From Antedon mediterranea (Eukaryota; Animalia; Echinodermata), in assembly GCF_964355755.1 (NCBI RefSeq), contig NC_092670.1, positions 26,336,795 through 26,400,794 on the forward strand: 64,000 nt of DNA, given 5' to 3'. This document shows positions 24,461 through 39,400 of this stretch, piece by piece. How positions within the stretch are numbered: the stretch's first letter is position 1; each line of letters opens with the position of its first letter. The notes below the pieces were generated by a model. The model saw only the letters and a program-made list of their open reading frames with translations, made no database searches and was not told the origin of the DNA. The translations under genes were made by a program, and so were the position numbers.

Positions 24461-25079
24461 GTTTTAGATGATCAAAAAGACAAACGCAATATTAAACAGA
24501 ATACTATTACTGACAAAATGGCGTGTCAGATTACTGAAATGACCGTACTACCGTACTAGCCAATCCTATGGTTTCATTAATTTTAAAAAAGACAAATTGT
24601 GTGAACATAGTTGTATAGTTTTATTTATTACAGTATTTTAATACTGTTATAGTGTAACAGAAAAGTGTACGGAAAAGTATTTCTGTTTTTATTTGGTCAA
24701 ATAAATGCTGTGAGAGCAGTTGACTGAGTAACAAATAAGTTATTTATTTTTTAATGTTATAGTGCACAGAAAATAATTTATTTGGTCGGTAGCGCCTCAC
24801 AGTTGACCGCTAGCTAGCTGAATACAATCAAAGAACTTTAGTTAGAACTTTGATTCACATAGACACGGATGAACGCGTTCGTTTCGGTACACTACAGTAT
24901 GATGATCAAACGCAATCGATTCTGAAATTGCGACGGCGAGAAATTCACTTTTAACTTAAATTTTATCAGTTTCGGAAAGAATTAAGCTTTGAATCAATTT
25001 CAAGCAGGTGGCTGCTCTCTGGTGGTAGGATTTGTTGCTCTGGTAGGTAGGTTTAGTAATAGTAGGGCCCCTTTTAGGA

Positions 25080-25202
25080 GGGTGTCACGAAACCTACTAA
25101 GACCTAAACTAAAAAGATCACAAAACCTAAGACCCAAGATCTTAGATTGCCAATAGTCTTAGTAGGTCTTAGTTTTTGTAATCTTAGGTTTTGCGACACC
25201 CC
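25080..25202. mobile_element. ~123-bp MITE
   Basis: TIR gggtgtcacgaaaccta / taggttttgcgacaccc; direct repeat cttttagga at 25071-79 and 25203-11. Confidence 0.75.
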
Positions 25203-25425
25203 CTTTTAGGACGTGGATTTAATAACCTACCAACTGGTTGTTCTACGACGCTATTTTTGTGTAGTTTGCAAATGAGTGCCATGTAACTTGATTAAAAAAC
25301 TGCAAACTTTGATGTACCGGCAGTGGGAACTTTTACAATGAACATTAGATTAATAGAAAAAACAACAGAAACAGGATCATCCCAAATTACACTCATAGCG
25401 ATGTTGTTCAGGCCTTAGCCATGGG

Positions 25426-25908
25426 GACGATTCGGGCCTGAGACGATTCGGCCCTGAGATGATTCAGCCCCGGGACAATTCGGCCCGGAAAATTTCGGCT
25501 CTGAGACGATTCGGCATACTTATATTTATCGGCTTTGATATGCATTTTATTCTAGGGATAAAGATGCAATAAAGCAAAAATTTTCAAAACATTGTCGAAA
25601 ATAATATTTTTTTAATCACGCAAACGATGTAAACAAGTTACGCACTCTGTTGGCCGCTTGGCGAATGCACGAAATAAACAAGGTTTTCGAAGTAATAAAT
25701 TGAATATTAAATTAGGTTTTTTTAGTATTTTTTTTTATATATTATATCAATATCAATAAAATATGGTTTGTTAAACACCTTTAAACACTTGATAAATACC
25801 AAAAAAATGAATATGAATTTGGTCTAAAGTGAGACGTTTCGGCCCACAAAGTTGGGTATTTGGGCCCAAAATAGTCCCAGGCCGAATCATCTCGGGGCCG
25901 AATCGTCG
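25426..25908. mobile_element. MITE with repeated subterminal GACGATTCGGCCC motifs
   Basis: Five or six motif copies on the left and inverted copies (gggccgaatcgtc) on the right; a related end at ~42660. Confidence 0.65.
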
Positions 25909-27199
25909 TGGAACCCAATGGGGGCCTGTGGCTTAAATACGCAATGTTGAGAATTCCCAAAATAGGACCATGGGGTTGCGGTAAAAAAGGGTTGCGGAAC
26001 GCTGGTCTAAATGGATAACCTGTTGGTTCATTTTAGGCAAAATTCATATGGGTTCCTTAAGGATTGAGAGTGCACAGGGAGATTTATTCTATGAACATAT
26101 CACTATGAGTCCACATTTTCACCCCACATTTTCACCCCACATATAACCCCACATAGAGAACCCTAAAGGTCCATGAAGGATCGGCCCTTGGGTTCATTTG
26201 AGCAAATCCATGTTCTTAAAAGATCAAGGGTGCACATTTAGTTTTTTTCCATATAGTTCAATCTATGAACTATTTACCCCCTTGTAATTTCTAATACAAG
26301 GCCTTAAGTAGCGCATATATAGAGACCCCAAAAGGGCAAATCCATATGGGTTATTTTAGAATCCTGTACTGTGTGTACAGGCAACTTTTTCCTGTATGGG
26401 CCAGCCTATTGAGACCAAATGTTTTACCAATTTCCATTAAAGAACCGGTATGGCCCATTGGATCCTATATGGCATGCGGATTATTCTGAAAAACTTTATA
26501 GGTTCCTTCATAAGGAGAAGGCACCCTTTCCTGTACATAATCAATTTCGATGTGGGCTCTTCATACAGTACTAAAGTGTTACAATCAATATATGTTATCA
26601 AAATATAGAATAAATGTATTAATTTATGTCAAAGGTCAATAACCACATCTTTTGTTAGACTCTAAATAAAAATATATACCTTGGGAACAATTTGCACCTA
26701 GTTTTAATTCTCTCAGACGTTAATTAGATATGGCGAAAATAGTTCAAAGGTCAAAATTGCTAAAAATAGGGTTTCCGGTCAATTTGACAAATAAATTTCT
26801 GTTGAATCAACCCAAAATGTCCAGAAATTCCTGAGATATAGCATGTTTTTATGAAAATAGCGGCCATTTTGTTTATGCTAATTACGCAAATTGCTCACCT
26901 GATAAAAAAAATTCTTTATTCTGATGGTATTGAGAATCAAAAATCCATAAAAAAAAACTATACAAAACATTGCAAGGTTATGGCTGCCGGACTATAATTA
27001 AATGTTATGTAATAAGGAAATCGTGACAATCACTTTTTTGCCGATGAAAGTAGGTTTTCATTGGGTAAACTCTATTCACTTCTCTAATGGGATGTACACC
27101 TAATGACCAGGGTTATCCGCAACACCAAAGGTGTTTAATATACCTGTAATAAAACTCGTATTCATAACATTTTTCTTGAAAATTCTTTTTAATCAAAAT

Positions 27200-29933
27200 G
27201 AGTTATAGAGAGATTGTCTAACATAAGCTGTGATGATTTATTTTCTATGCCAGAAACACATACAAGTGTTTAAAGATGTGTACAATTAAAATCCTAAATC
27301 TTCTAACTTTTGAAACAATTCTTGCAATATTGAGACAATGATGTTTGCATCTCTCACGTGATGAATCTTTACAATAATATCAATAAAAAAACAAATATTT
27401 TCTAAAAAACAACTATGATTGGCCCACTAGACTGCAGCAATAACTTATAATCAGTTTAACAGTCCGGAATGTGAGGTAGATTCAAAACCCATTATAACAT
27501 CGGCATATCCATGGTTACAACCTAAGCAACATAAAAACAAAATTTGCACATTCTAGAAGGAAGGGCTTCCACTGGCACTCTTTTGCATCCAATAACTAAT
27601 AGTAATACCATTTACAAATACAATCTACTACTGTACTTATCAAATATGTAGAATGTAAAAGGACCAATTAGATTGGAATAATGTTCATACCATCTAAACT
27701 AACAGATACTTAAAAGTTGCTAAAATTAAGTATTTCATTTTATATAGATTATGTTCTGTGCTATATACATCAGTATTGTCAATGAACTGATCAATAATTG
27801 TATGCATAAAATACCAAATAAATAATTTAATTGATTTCCATTTCATTAACCATTCAAGGATATTGATTTTGTGCCATTACTGGCAGTAATATTTGAAATA
27901 AATAAATTGAGTAAAATATGGCGCAATTATAATCTTTATAAAATCTTTATTTCTTTGCCATTTTATTGATAATTAATTTGATAGAATTTCTTTCATATAA
28001 AACTGTGTATTGCACTGAAATAATTGTAAAGGATACATGGGCTAAACCATTACATATCAATAATATAAGAAACCATTACATAACAGGATTAAGCAAAACT
28101 ACAGCAAAAAGTTTCAATACAAATGAGTTGTATGTTATAACATTACAGTAAGGCACATCGTAAAAATATTTTGTTCTATTAATGATATGCAATAATAATG
28201 TACAGAACCAAATATGCTTTACAACATGCAGGAAAGATACTTGAATACTTGTTTATTATAATATTGAGATTGGTTATATTTTTTGTAATTTTTTTATTTG
28301 TGGAACGCATCAAACAATACATGGAACGTTGTCGGAAAAAAAAAACCAAAACCAAACCCAATATACCTGTACATACATACCATACTTTAACATAAATTGA
28401 GTGCTTCTTAAAGGCTCTACTTTTGGGGGTTTTTGGTAATATCTCAAATACCGAGTGCTTGGAATCAGTAAAAACACCCTTGGAACAATTTTAATTGAAT
28501 TTAAGGTAGGATTTAAAATAAAAGGTATTGTACATAGCTATAGATACTACTACTACCTAAAGCTAAATTGAAACTGTTATGTTAAACATTATATAGTATA
28601 TTATACAAAAAAAGGACTGTGAATATAACATATCATGTATATTATATATGCCTATATCGACTGTATGATTTTTAACAACCACAGCCTATACAAAAAACGG
28701 GGTCATCACGTGAACGATGCAAATCAAAATCTATTCATTGTTGATTGAAAAACCAACTTTTCATCAATCATATCACATCTATCATCATTTATATCTTTAT
28801 CCATAATTTGACCTTTAACCACTTGATACAATCCATTCATCACTAAAAAGAGTATTAAACTGAAAATTTACCTTAAGCTACAAATGTGTTGTTCTAAAAC
28901 TACCTTAACTATAATTATGCAAAACATGGTAACACAAAAACAAAACACAGAAATTTCAGCTACTCTACTTGCAGCACATTTACAGCAACAAATTCATATT
29001 ATCCCTTTTTTCGCACTGCTTTGGGTAACAACTTTACATAGAGAATTTACCAGGAGTTATAAACAATTACAAACAACACAACTAAAGGCAATGATAAATG
29101 GAAGAACATGAGTAGAAACGTATCAAACAAAAATCATCATCACCACCACAATTTCTAATACCTGCCAATCTGCTCAAAACAAAGTACCTTTGTTTAAGGT
29201 TTGATATTCATGAGTGCACCTCTGGATTTGAATATCAAATTTGCATATTATTTCAGCGGGTCTATTATCATTATTAAGTAAATTGCTAATCTATTTTTAA
29301 CTGTAAAACACATATAACAGAACAAAAAATCTCATAAAAATTAACAAAATCAGCTAATTGTGATTTGTTTAATGTTCATTTCCATCTTTACTTACATAGT
29401 TGCCATGTAAAAATTCAAGCAACTCCATGATCACTCCTCAAAATTCCCTGATTCCATCCATATAAAACTATGTTCAATCACATCATGTTCTCTTTCCATC
29501 CGTACAAAATATATTGTTATATTGCCTATTTTCATTTGGTTGCTAGATATTCAATAGATTTGTTCGATTTGTTTTTTGAAGGATGAAAAGTAAACAGGAT
29601 TCATACATACATTGCATGTTTTCTCATTTAGATTCCTTTCAACAATTTAAAAGGTAATGTGTACATGATATGTAGATTGGCACTTTATTTTAACCATTCA
29701 TTTGTTGCATAGATATTTAATGCTACACATATACCTTAATGCTAAACATTATTTATCATCTGTAGCCTTCCAAGTCCTTAATACAGCAATTGTTCAGACT
29801 AATTAATGTGACTATTTTCAACCTTATCATGGAATAAACCTTGGAATATGCACATACCACTGATGCCTTAACCGCATCATGATGGTACACTATTTTATAC
29901 GTTACTGCACCTTTCCTTTCTCTTATTTATCAT
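27200..29933 (-). other. Probable long terminal 3'UTR exon of RBMS
   Basis: Acceptor-like tttaattccag| at 29934/29933; U-rich on the minus strand; no recognisable TE fragments; AATAAA candidates at 27946-27951 and 27237-27242. Inference. Confidence 0.4.
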
Positions 29934-32900
29934 CTGGAATTAAACAGTAAATGGTAAATTCTGGATTTCACTTACATAGGTATAAATCTTCAATTTCACA
30001 TAATTTAGTTTTTAAAAATTCTTACTCTTTTAACTCAATTATGTACTACTATAATCATTCCACAACAATTTACCAAGAAAAACAAACCAAGCATGTGTTT
30101 ACTTCTGTAGAAGGTAATGCATAACATAATTTCAATAAACAATTTAATTTACAAAAACAAGTTTTTTGAAGTGTTAAGAACCACTAACATTAACAATTAG
30201 ATTCAAAATTTACCACAAAATCTACCATTCTTTGATTCACCATATAATAACTACTGTATTGGGCAATTTCTAACCAACATTTAAACATGTAACACTTTCA
30301 CCCAACACTTTTACTAGCCAAATTACATTTTTAAAATTCTAGAATCAATTCTACAGTAATGTTTAAAAACCTACCTAATATTTAGATTAGCATCTTTTCT
30401 TATTTTTTGTTAGCACTAATGAAACATACACCTCCAGATAACCAATGACATTACACATTCATAGTTTTTATTCAAGTTGAAAATTGTAAACACTTATTGT
30501 TGCTGAATTAAAGCACATTCTTGAATGCTTAAACATTTTGAATGATCAATTCAATTAAAATGCATCTGAAATCCACAGGATAATAACTATACTTATACTA
30601 CACATAAAAACCTCAACAAGTCTATATTACAAATCAAAGTTAAATCTAATCTACTTGAAGACAATGTATGCATAAACTTAAAATTATCTTAAATAACAAT
30701 TACTGTATACATAAAAGTGCATATCACCTTACAACTAAAGACCACTTCTTGAAGATACAAAAATTACTACACATCATATTTCACTAGAAATGATCTTTAA
30801 TTGGAATAATGCTACTTTTAATTTTTTTACTTTAAAACAATGATTTTTAAACACTGTTACCTATTTCTTGAATATTGTTTTCCTGTAGTTTATGTTTTCA
30901 AATTATGTTACCAAAGTATGTTGTACACTATAGTCCAGTAAAGATAAGTCAAATATAGGGTGAACCTAAAAGAAACTGGAACAGAATTTTTGTTTTGTTT
31001 TGTCTGGTAAATATGGTTCAAATGAACATCATATCCAACGTTTATTCGGACATCAGGAAGTGGGTTAATTAGCATAAATTCAAAATGTCCGCCATTTGGT
31101 ATTTTGAAGCCCCATATCTCCATAACTATTGGATTTAGACCACCTAAGTGCATTACGAGTAGATATAAATGTGATATTAAACATTCTAATTAGCATAATT
31201 AAATTCCCATATGACGTACCTATGACATCATATGGTAGTTGTGATGTCATATATTATGTTATAACTGCTTAAATGACATTATACTATGCAAAGAATTTAG
31301 GAACTGCAGGAAAACAAGTTTGTTGAAATGAACATCATTTACAAAGTTTACCAAAATCAGAAGTCAGGAAGTGGGTTAATTAGCATAAATTCAAAATAGC
31401 CACTATTTACTATACCATTTTAAAGCTTCATATCTCCTTAACAGTTGATTTTAGACCACCTAAGTGCATTGCGAGTAGATATAAATGTGGTGTTATTAAC
31501 CTTTTCAATTAGCATATTTAAATTACCATATAGCGTACCTATGTCATCATAAGATTCGACCCCATCGTAAATATGGAGTTGGATCACAGTTTCCCATATA
31601 AAGTACATACATAGAAAATGTAATAGTTGGCTCCATCAAAATACTTCCACCATACATGTAGGCACAGCATGTTAATTTTGAACTGAACAGTTCTTGCTTC
31701 GAATATAATTCATCCCTCCGTTTCGTGGCATGTGTAGAGCATTACAAAGATGTTAAAAATTTGCTCCTTAAGATGTTTTCTTTAACTACCGATTATTCCA
31801 CTATTTTTTTTGCTTTTTCTGTCTTAAAACGCAATCGTTTTATTAATGATGGCAAAGTAATAGATTTAGTAGATCCCCATCTGCATTCAAAGTTTCTATT
31901 CCATTTTTCTGACATTTTCTGTCAAGGAAGTTGAATACTGCTTGTTGTAGCAAAATTAAATATTGTAATTAGTAGAGGCAAGTTTGAAAATTACTTTATA
32001 ACTGTAACAACCCCTTTTGAATTCCATTTATGTGTTATGCCGTATCTTTTTTAACTGATGGTTTTTCATCCTTGTTGGCACATTATTGAATGTCCTTGTT
32101 ATATGCTATATTTTGTAAATGAGGAAACTTAATGATCAATTTCAATAGTCTTTACATTTTCCCTAGGTCATTTGAGCAGTATAGTGACATTTTTTTTGGG
32201 TGTAGTAAATAGAGGCCATTTTGAATTTATGCTAATTAACCCCCTTTTTGAAGTCCGATTTTGGTAAACTTTGAATATGATGTTCATTTGGACCATTACA
32301 ACCAGACACAAAATTTCTGTTGCAATTTGTTCTAGGTTCAACCATATTTTTTACTGGAATAATTATTTCACATCACAAAATTTAGTAATTTGAGGTGTAA
32401 ATTCATGCAAAATAATCCACTTTTTTAGTGATGGAATTCAAAAAGATTTTAACAATTTAAACATTATTAGGGCTTACTGTAATAACTGAACAATGATTAA
32501 AACAGTAATTAGTAACTCCACAGTTACTATAGTAACATTGTTTATACAAGTATATACATAAATTTAGGTACACACAAAAAGCAATAAAACAATTTTACTC
32601 TTTTAAAACATAAAGCTTCTTTCAGACATCCTAGAGGACTTTCAAAGAGAATTATACAAATGAGAGAAAATCAGCTTGCATTCAACAGTCTATAAAGACC
32701 CTTGAAATTTGCCATCAGATATCCTACAGACATTCAGACATCCAACAAACTTTCTTCAAACGTCTTAGAGATAAGACCTTTCTTCAGAAGTCCTAGAGAC
32801 CTTTTGTCGGACATCCTAGAGACCTTTCTTCAACCTTTCTCGAAAGCTTTCATGAGAGATCCAGGAAGCTTTGGCTACTCGTTTTTTCTGGCACTTAAAT

Positions 32901-33376
32901 GCATCTGCATTCATTTTGTTGATTTTCATCATTGGAGAGGAAAAATGTGAAAGATAATAATTGAAACTTATCAGCCCCTATATTCAGTACCTTTGTAAAG
33001 TCTGCATTGCTGACACACACACCTTTGAAATAATAAATATAAATATTTCAATTTGATGCAAAAATAAATGATTATATATTATTTGTAGTTGTAGTAGTAA
33101 TGTTGTGATGTGGACTATTGAAACATTTCTGCCAAATTTGCATCTGAGGATTGAGTGTTTTACTAAAAGAAACCAAGACCTAAAATAAATTGTTGACACA
33201 TTTTTGTTTTCAGTGGCAATAGAAAATGCTTAACTTTTCATGATTTTTGGGAGTTTCAGTTGGCCATTCCAAAGCTTAAGTTATTTACAAATTCAATAAT
33301 TTTAGATACAAAATGCAACAGTCATGAATTATTAAATGCATGGCAGTGAGAAGTTGATAAATACCCGTTTTACTGG

Positions 33377-33439
33377 TTACTTGGCTTGCTGAGCAGTATA
33401 ATACTGCTGTGCTTCATCTACTGGCAGTCCACTGGCATC
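33377..33439 (-). CDS. RBMS: RBMS last coding exon ([20 protein letters not shown])
   Basis: Acceptor cacctag; TAA at 33379-33377. Confidence 0.78.
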   Translation of the reverse strand, partial: DASGLPVDEAQQYYTAQQAK

Positions 33440-36400
33440 CTAGGTGATACAAATAATATACAGGTTTGAATAACAAATGCTACCCAACTCAATATACACA
33501 AGAATCTTAATTTTTTTACAGGGATGCTGATGAATTTCCTCACATCCTATTCTTTATGGTCTAATAATTTATTTATTTTTAGCCTTACCTCAACAGTTAA
33601 TGGCTGAAGAACTTGTGTGGAATAGCCTTGTGGGTACTGAGCTTGTAAATACTACAAATGAGAACAAAATGAGAACAAGATATTGTAAGTGGTTAATGGT
33701 TCGTGGTTGTCAAAATAAATACATAAGATGTTATACAATACAATTTAATGGAATCACTTGTGTAACAGTGGCACACGTTAGACAATACCTAACGGTGCAT
33801 CCAAAGCAAAATTAAAAAAATTAGTACTCAATATTTTGCGAATAATAAATCTTAAATAAGATAATCAACATTATTTTGTAATCAAACAGGACTATTTTAT
33901 TTGGTAATAAAATGTAAACAGTATCGCTTTAAGAAAAGAGATGCTTACACATACCATGAAAGCTTCAGTTTCTTTTTGTCTTACGTGGGTTCATCCCACT
34001 TTTATTTCCATAAATACATATATATTGTACAGTATATTTCTGTTGTACATCACTTTAAATGTTCTGACTTATTGTGTTTTAAATTATGTTCACATATATC
34101 TTAGCTTATCTTACTTTAATATTAAACTATTTATTATTAAAAAAAACCAAAAAAAAACTTCAGTTTCTAATGGAAGGATGTCTGCATATATCAATAGAAT
34201 AGAATCTTGGGTATAGGATAGCAGAATGGGTAGAGTATAGAAGCATGAATATAGATTATAAGCATGGGTGGATAGAAGTCTTGGTATAGAATAGAAGCAA
34301 GTGTCAAAACCCACACTTGTTCATGATAATTGATAGATACAATATTTTAACCACATATTATTCACATGTTAGGTTGAATTTTTGAATAATAAATATTAAA
34401 GTCCCATTCCCTACGTTTTTTAGATGTAATATAAGGTCATAAACTACATTTAATGTAGAAATAAATACTATGCAAAAAATCCCAACATTTATTGCGCTCG
34501 AATTAATATTTTCGTTTTTTTTCTGTCATTCGGGTTATAACTAACTGTGTACAGTTTATACTGTAGTCCTTATCCGAGAAGACTTGTTCCACCACCAGAA
34601 CTAGGAACGAGTTAGCATGCCTCAAACCCATGCCGATATTGTTGGCTCTTTAGATACAGTGCCCCAGCCTTAACCGCTCAGCCATTTGACTTATCGTCAG
34701 AACTCAGGCCAGGAGGTCAACCAACTACACGATTTTCTACTATAATTGTCCTTTATTTTATTTCTCGACTTTTCTTGGAGATAAGTTCTTTTTTTTTCCA
34801 TCAACAATTTTACGATTATAATTTTAATGTAAAGATTCTATATATGTAACATTGTTCTGAATATTTTATATTTTTGTACTTATATGTTTTGTCGAGGGCC
34901 TTGATTAATGATCAGTTTCTTCCTTGGAATTGGATAGGCCTACCTCATTAAAGATGGTATTAAATGATAAAGCATGGGTATAGAACCCTACAGTAGGTTA
35001 TTAGGGGCTTAGTTGTACAAGAGTGAAATTACACTCTTCCCTGATAGTAGGCTAAGTTAGGTTATGCTTTCATAACAAAAGGATTATATAAAATATATTG
35101 CAGTACAGAGTGTTGCCTGATAAAATAAAGCAGTTTTGGACACCATTAGAAATACTGTATCTTTCAAAGCTTTATGGATAATAATATGAACAGTTTGTGA
35201 GAACTTACTGTTCCAGCAAGCTGGATCTGTCCCATGTGTGCGACATTTGGTACAATGCTTTGTTGCGGAAGAGAAAGATTACCGGTTGGGTCAAGTGCTT
35301 GGGTCATCTATGTATGAAAAATATGAAAATAATGTTAGTTTTAAAGAACATAGATTATGCAGATATTTGAACATGCAATTTACAATTTCATATTTTCTGA
35401 TAATGAAGTCAGGTCCATAAAATATTTTGTTCTAAAATACAGAAATTGACAGTCAGCATGATTGCCATATAACTCATCAATCATCATCGGTTACGCTATT
35501 CGTCTTGGGTAGACATTGCGTACGCTAATCGTTCTCATGACTCTCTTTCGGTGGTCTGATGGTGTCATTAACTTTGCGATCGATGTAGTTGCTTTTTTGA
35601 GTTCTTTCTTTATGTTTCCTATCCAGGTAGTTTTTGGTCTGCCAACTGGTCTTTTAACTTTTCGAATGGATTCTGTCAACGCTAATTTGGCTGGAGTGTC
35701 CATCGGAAGGAAGCCTTAGCATATGTCCAGTCCATTTGTATTTCTTTTCCTTATTATGTTTGACCATTTTAGTTCTTTCGTTCTGCTGTATAGTTTCTAT
35801 ATTTCTGATTGTGTACGGCAACTTAATGTTTATAATTTTTCTTAATAATTTCCTATGAAAACAGTCAATTTCGTCCTCTTGTTTTTTAGTTGTTGTCACT
35901 AATTCTGAGTTGTACATTTTATTTATTTATTTGTACAAATGTACTGATTTCCAAAGTGGTTCAGTCAACATAGAATGAATATGCTTCTGACGTATACATT
36001 GAATAGTCTCATTTTTACTTGGGGTATCCGAGTCTAGGACTCGCTCATTTTCGTCTCCTCCTCCTCCATTTGGACACTATTGAGCTGGGATTTGGCATGA
36101 ATATACTACAGGGACATGTCCTCAAAGCTATAGAGTCGGATTTTTATATTTCAAACCTGATGCAGCCATATCACTCGAAGATGGTACCGTATAGCTGTAT
36201 TTGGTAGCGAGGTTATTGATGTGTATTTGACGTCACACCCCGTCTTATGACGTCATTACAGCTTCTTTTGCTGTACTCCAAGTATCGCACATTCATGCTT
36301 TTTTGTTAATTAATTTGTTTAATTAAGAAGCCACAATGTGTGACACACACCACAGCGTTATTTTGTTATATGCGGCTTTTTGCCGTAGTGGAATATCACG

Positions 36401-39400
36401 TCTGCTTAACACGCAGAAGGTCCCCGGTTCGAGCGTGTGAAAAGTACTGTATACGCAATATGATATACAGTATATCCTATTTTTATTATTTTTTTTTAAA
36501 TTTGTATAATCGGTAATTATCAATTTTACACATTTTTTTTTTTTTTTTTTTTTTTTTTTTATTCATACTCATCCAACAGCGAGTAACTCGCCAATTACAG
36601 GATGGATAAACTATTTAATAATTTATCGTGCTTATAAACTAAGTCTCATTTGAGGCTTAGGGAGTGGAGTTGAAAGAGTCATGAGTTACAACCCTGCACT
36701 AGGTCAGGATTGAACCCGGGACCTTGGGATTGGAAGGCAAGCACGTTAACCACCAAGCTACAGCTCCACTCCACTTTGTGCTTATTACCGTATTTATTTG
36801 TAATTTAAATGGATTACAAAATTTTGTGTAACTCACATTTTTGGTGTAAGAGGTTTCGTAGTGTAGTGGTTATCAAGTCTGCTTAACACGCAGAAGGTCC
36901 CTGGTTCGAGCCCTGGCGAAACCTATTTGTCTTAAACTTTATGGCGAAATATACTGTATACGTAATATGATATAGAGTATATCTCGTTTTATTACTCGGG
37001 GTACCTAAGTCTAGGAATCTCTCATCGTTTCCTCTTCTTCTTCCATCCGGACACACTATGGAGTAAAAAGTGCGATTTATAAAGTACCACTCCTCCCTTA
37101 TTCGTTGTAGTATTGAGCTCTGGGATTTGGCATGAATATACTACAGGGACATATCCTCAAAGCTATAGAGCCGGATTTTTTAATTTCAAACTGGATGCAG
37201 CCATATGACGTCTCGAAGATGGTACCTTGTTGCCAAACGATTTTCGTCGTAATATAGCCGTGTTTGGTGTCATTTCAAAGGGACTTGGAGAATAAGAATA
37301 TATACAGTAAAACCTATTTATGATATTGTCACTTTGAATTTACATAATTTACCGTAATTATGCCATATCCGGTTATGTGACGTAACTTTTCGGAATATAG
37401 CCGTATTTGGTAGCGAGGTTATTGATGTGTATGTGACGTTACATCTGGTTTTATGACGTCATTACAGCTTCTTTTGCTGCTGTACCCCGAGTATCGCACA
37501 TTCGTGCTTGTTACTTCTAGTGATAAGTTTTGCTTGTTAGAATTTCTTTGTAGTTATTGAAGGGTGATATTGCGAGTTGTTTTCTGCGTTTCATATAGTT
37601 ATCTGTGTCAATTAGCGATCCTAGATATTTACATTTTTTCTAAGATTCGTCTCCTTTTCTTTTGATTATATATTCTTTTGTTTCAGTGTTGTTTATGATT
37701 AGGTTTCTGCTTTCTAGTTTCTATAGGTATGGTCTTCTTGATTTCTTCGACTTGCGTTTTTGAATTTGCCACCCATCCGATGTCATCTGCATATTGTTGA
37801 TCCATTATGAAAAATGGTGATTGTGGTAGTTGTTGGTTTTCATCATCGTGTTTCAGTGCTCTTGCAAGATAAAGAGTGAAAAGCACTGGACTCTTCTTGT
37901 GGAATACCGATGTTATGTAAATTTATATATAAATAATTGTTAAATAATATAATAAAGGATTGATTGATTTGATTGATTCATACTAATAGTAGCCTCAATG
38001 TACTTCAGTAGTTAAGTTTTCAAAATCGACGGTGATGTCAGGTTGCTAATGTGATTTATTTGTCCTTTTAAGCCAGTAGGTTTACCCTTTATAATCTGTT
38101 ATTATGAGTGGCATCTAAAAATGTAATAAAACTGGTTCAAATGTAATAAATATATTTTACTTAGCATTAAACTTGGGTACAAGCCAGTCCCTGATAGATA
38201 TGGGTAAGCCAAAATTGTGGGTACAAATTAGTAGGTATGATGTGACATGGGTAGGAGTTAATCTTAAAGGAAAAAACTGATGTTATTTATGTGGCAATAG
38301 AGTAGTCTGGGTCTGTCTTAAAGTGTTGATGGAAAGAAATATAGAAAAAACTGGAAAACAGAATCCAGTCAGCTAAATAGTTCTTGTATTGAAGTGAGAC
38401 CATATGTAGTTCGTCATCATTTAAGACCTTCTTGAGATCTGTTAATAGTTTCCCCCTGTTTACCGAATTGAAAGCCTTGCGCATATCCATTAGTAACACT
38501 ATTGTTTCATAGTCTTCTGTAGTTTCGCCTTCTCTGCTAGTAACCTAACACTGAATACCAGCCTTTTCTATATGCACATTGGGTTTGGGGTATTATACAT
38601 CGGTTGATCATACAGATAGCAATAATTTTTCTTATCATATTTAGCAGGATAACTGGTCTGTAGTTTTCTACCGGTCCGCGCTTTTTCCCGGGCTTCTGTA
38701 AGGGTACTAATATGCACTAATTTAGTTCCTGTGCTTTTACTATTTTTCAGTTTAGCATGGCTTTTTCTACTTCCTTTTCATTAAATGGCACGTTCATAGC
38801 ACTTGGTTCAACATTTGTTTCAGATTGGTTATCCCTATTGTAGAATGATTTTAAAAACTGTGTTATTTTCTGTGTTGTAATTTCTTCATTACTTGTTATT
38901 CCGTCTTCGCCTTGGACTACGATTGGTATTTTTGGTTTATTTCGTTGCATTTTCCTGATTACTTTATACATTCTATTGGAGTTGTCTTTGCTTTCTTCTA
39001 TATCTTTAATGTCATTTAGTAGTTGTTTTTCGTTTTGTTTAACAGTGGATTTCTTTCAGCATGATGTTCCTTTCTTTCTGTAGTCCATGTCTTCTTTCTT
39101 TGCATGTCGACGATTTGATTTGTAGTCGTAGAGCTGTTTCTGTTTTGCTAATAGCTTTTCTATTTGTCTATTATCCTTTTTTTCTATTATTTGGTGTTTT
39201 GAAACCTATAGTGTTTTCTGAAGCACTCTTACATGTTTCCACGATATTGTTCCACTTCTCTTGTACGTCTGCGGCATTTATTTCCTTTAATTTGCGATTA
39301 AAACTGTAAAGTATTTCTTTTTCGTATTGCTCTTTAATATTATCATTTTGAAATTTGTCAAAGTCCAATTTATTTTTATTTATTTTCCTCTTGTTTTTCT

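Noticed and set aside
32620-32870. Degenerate agacatcctagagacctttc repeats (also ccatatggg repeats at 26040-26520)
   Set aside because: Decayed subterminal or minisatellite repeats without definable ends or coding signal.
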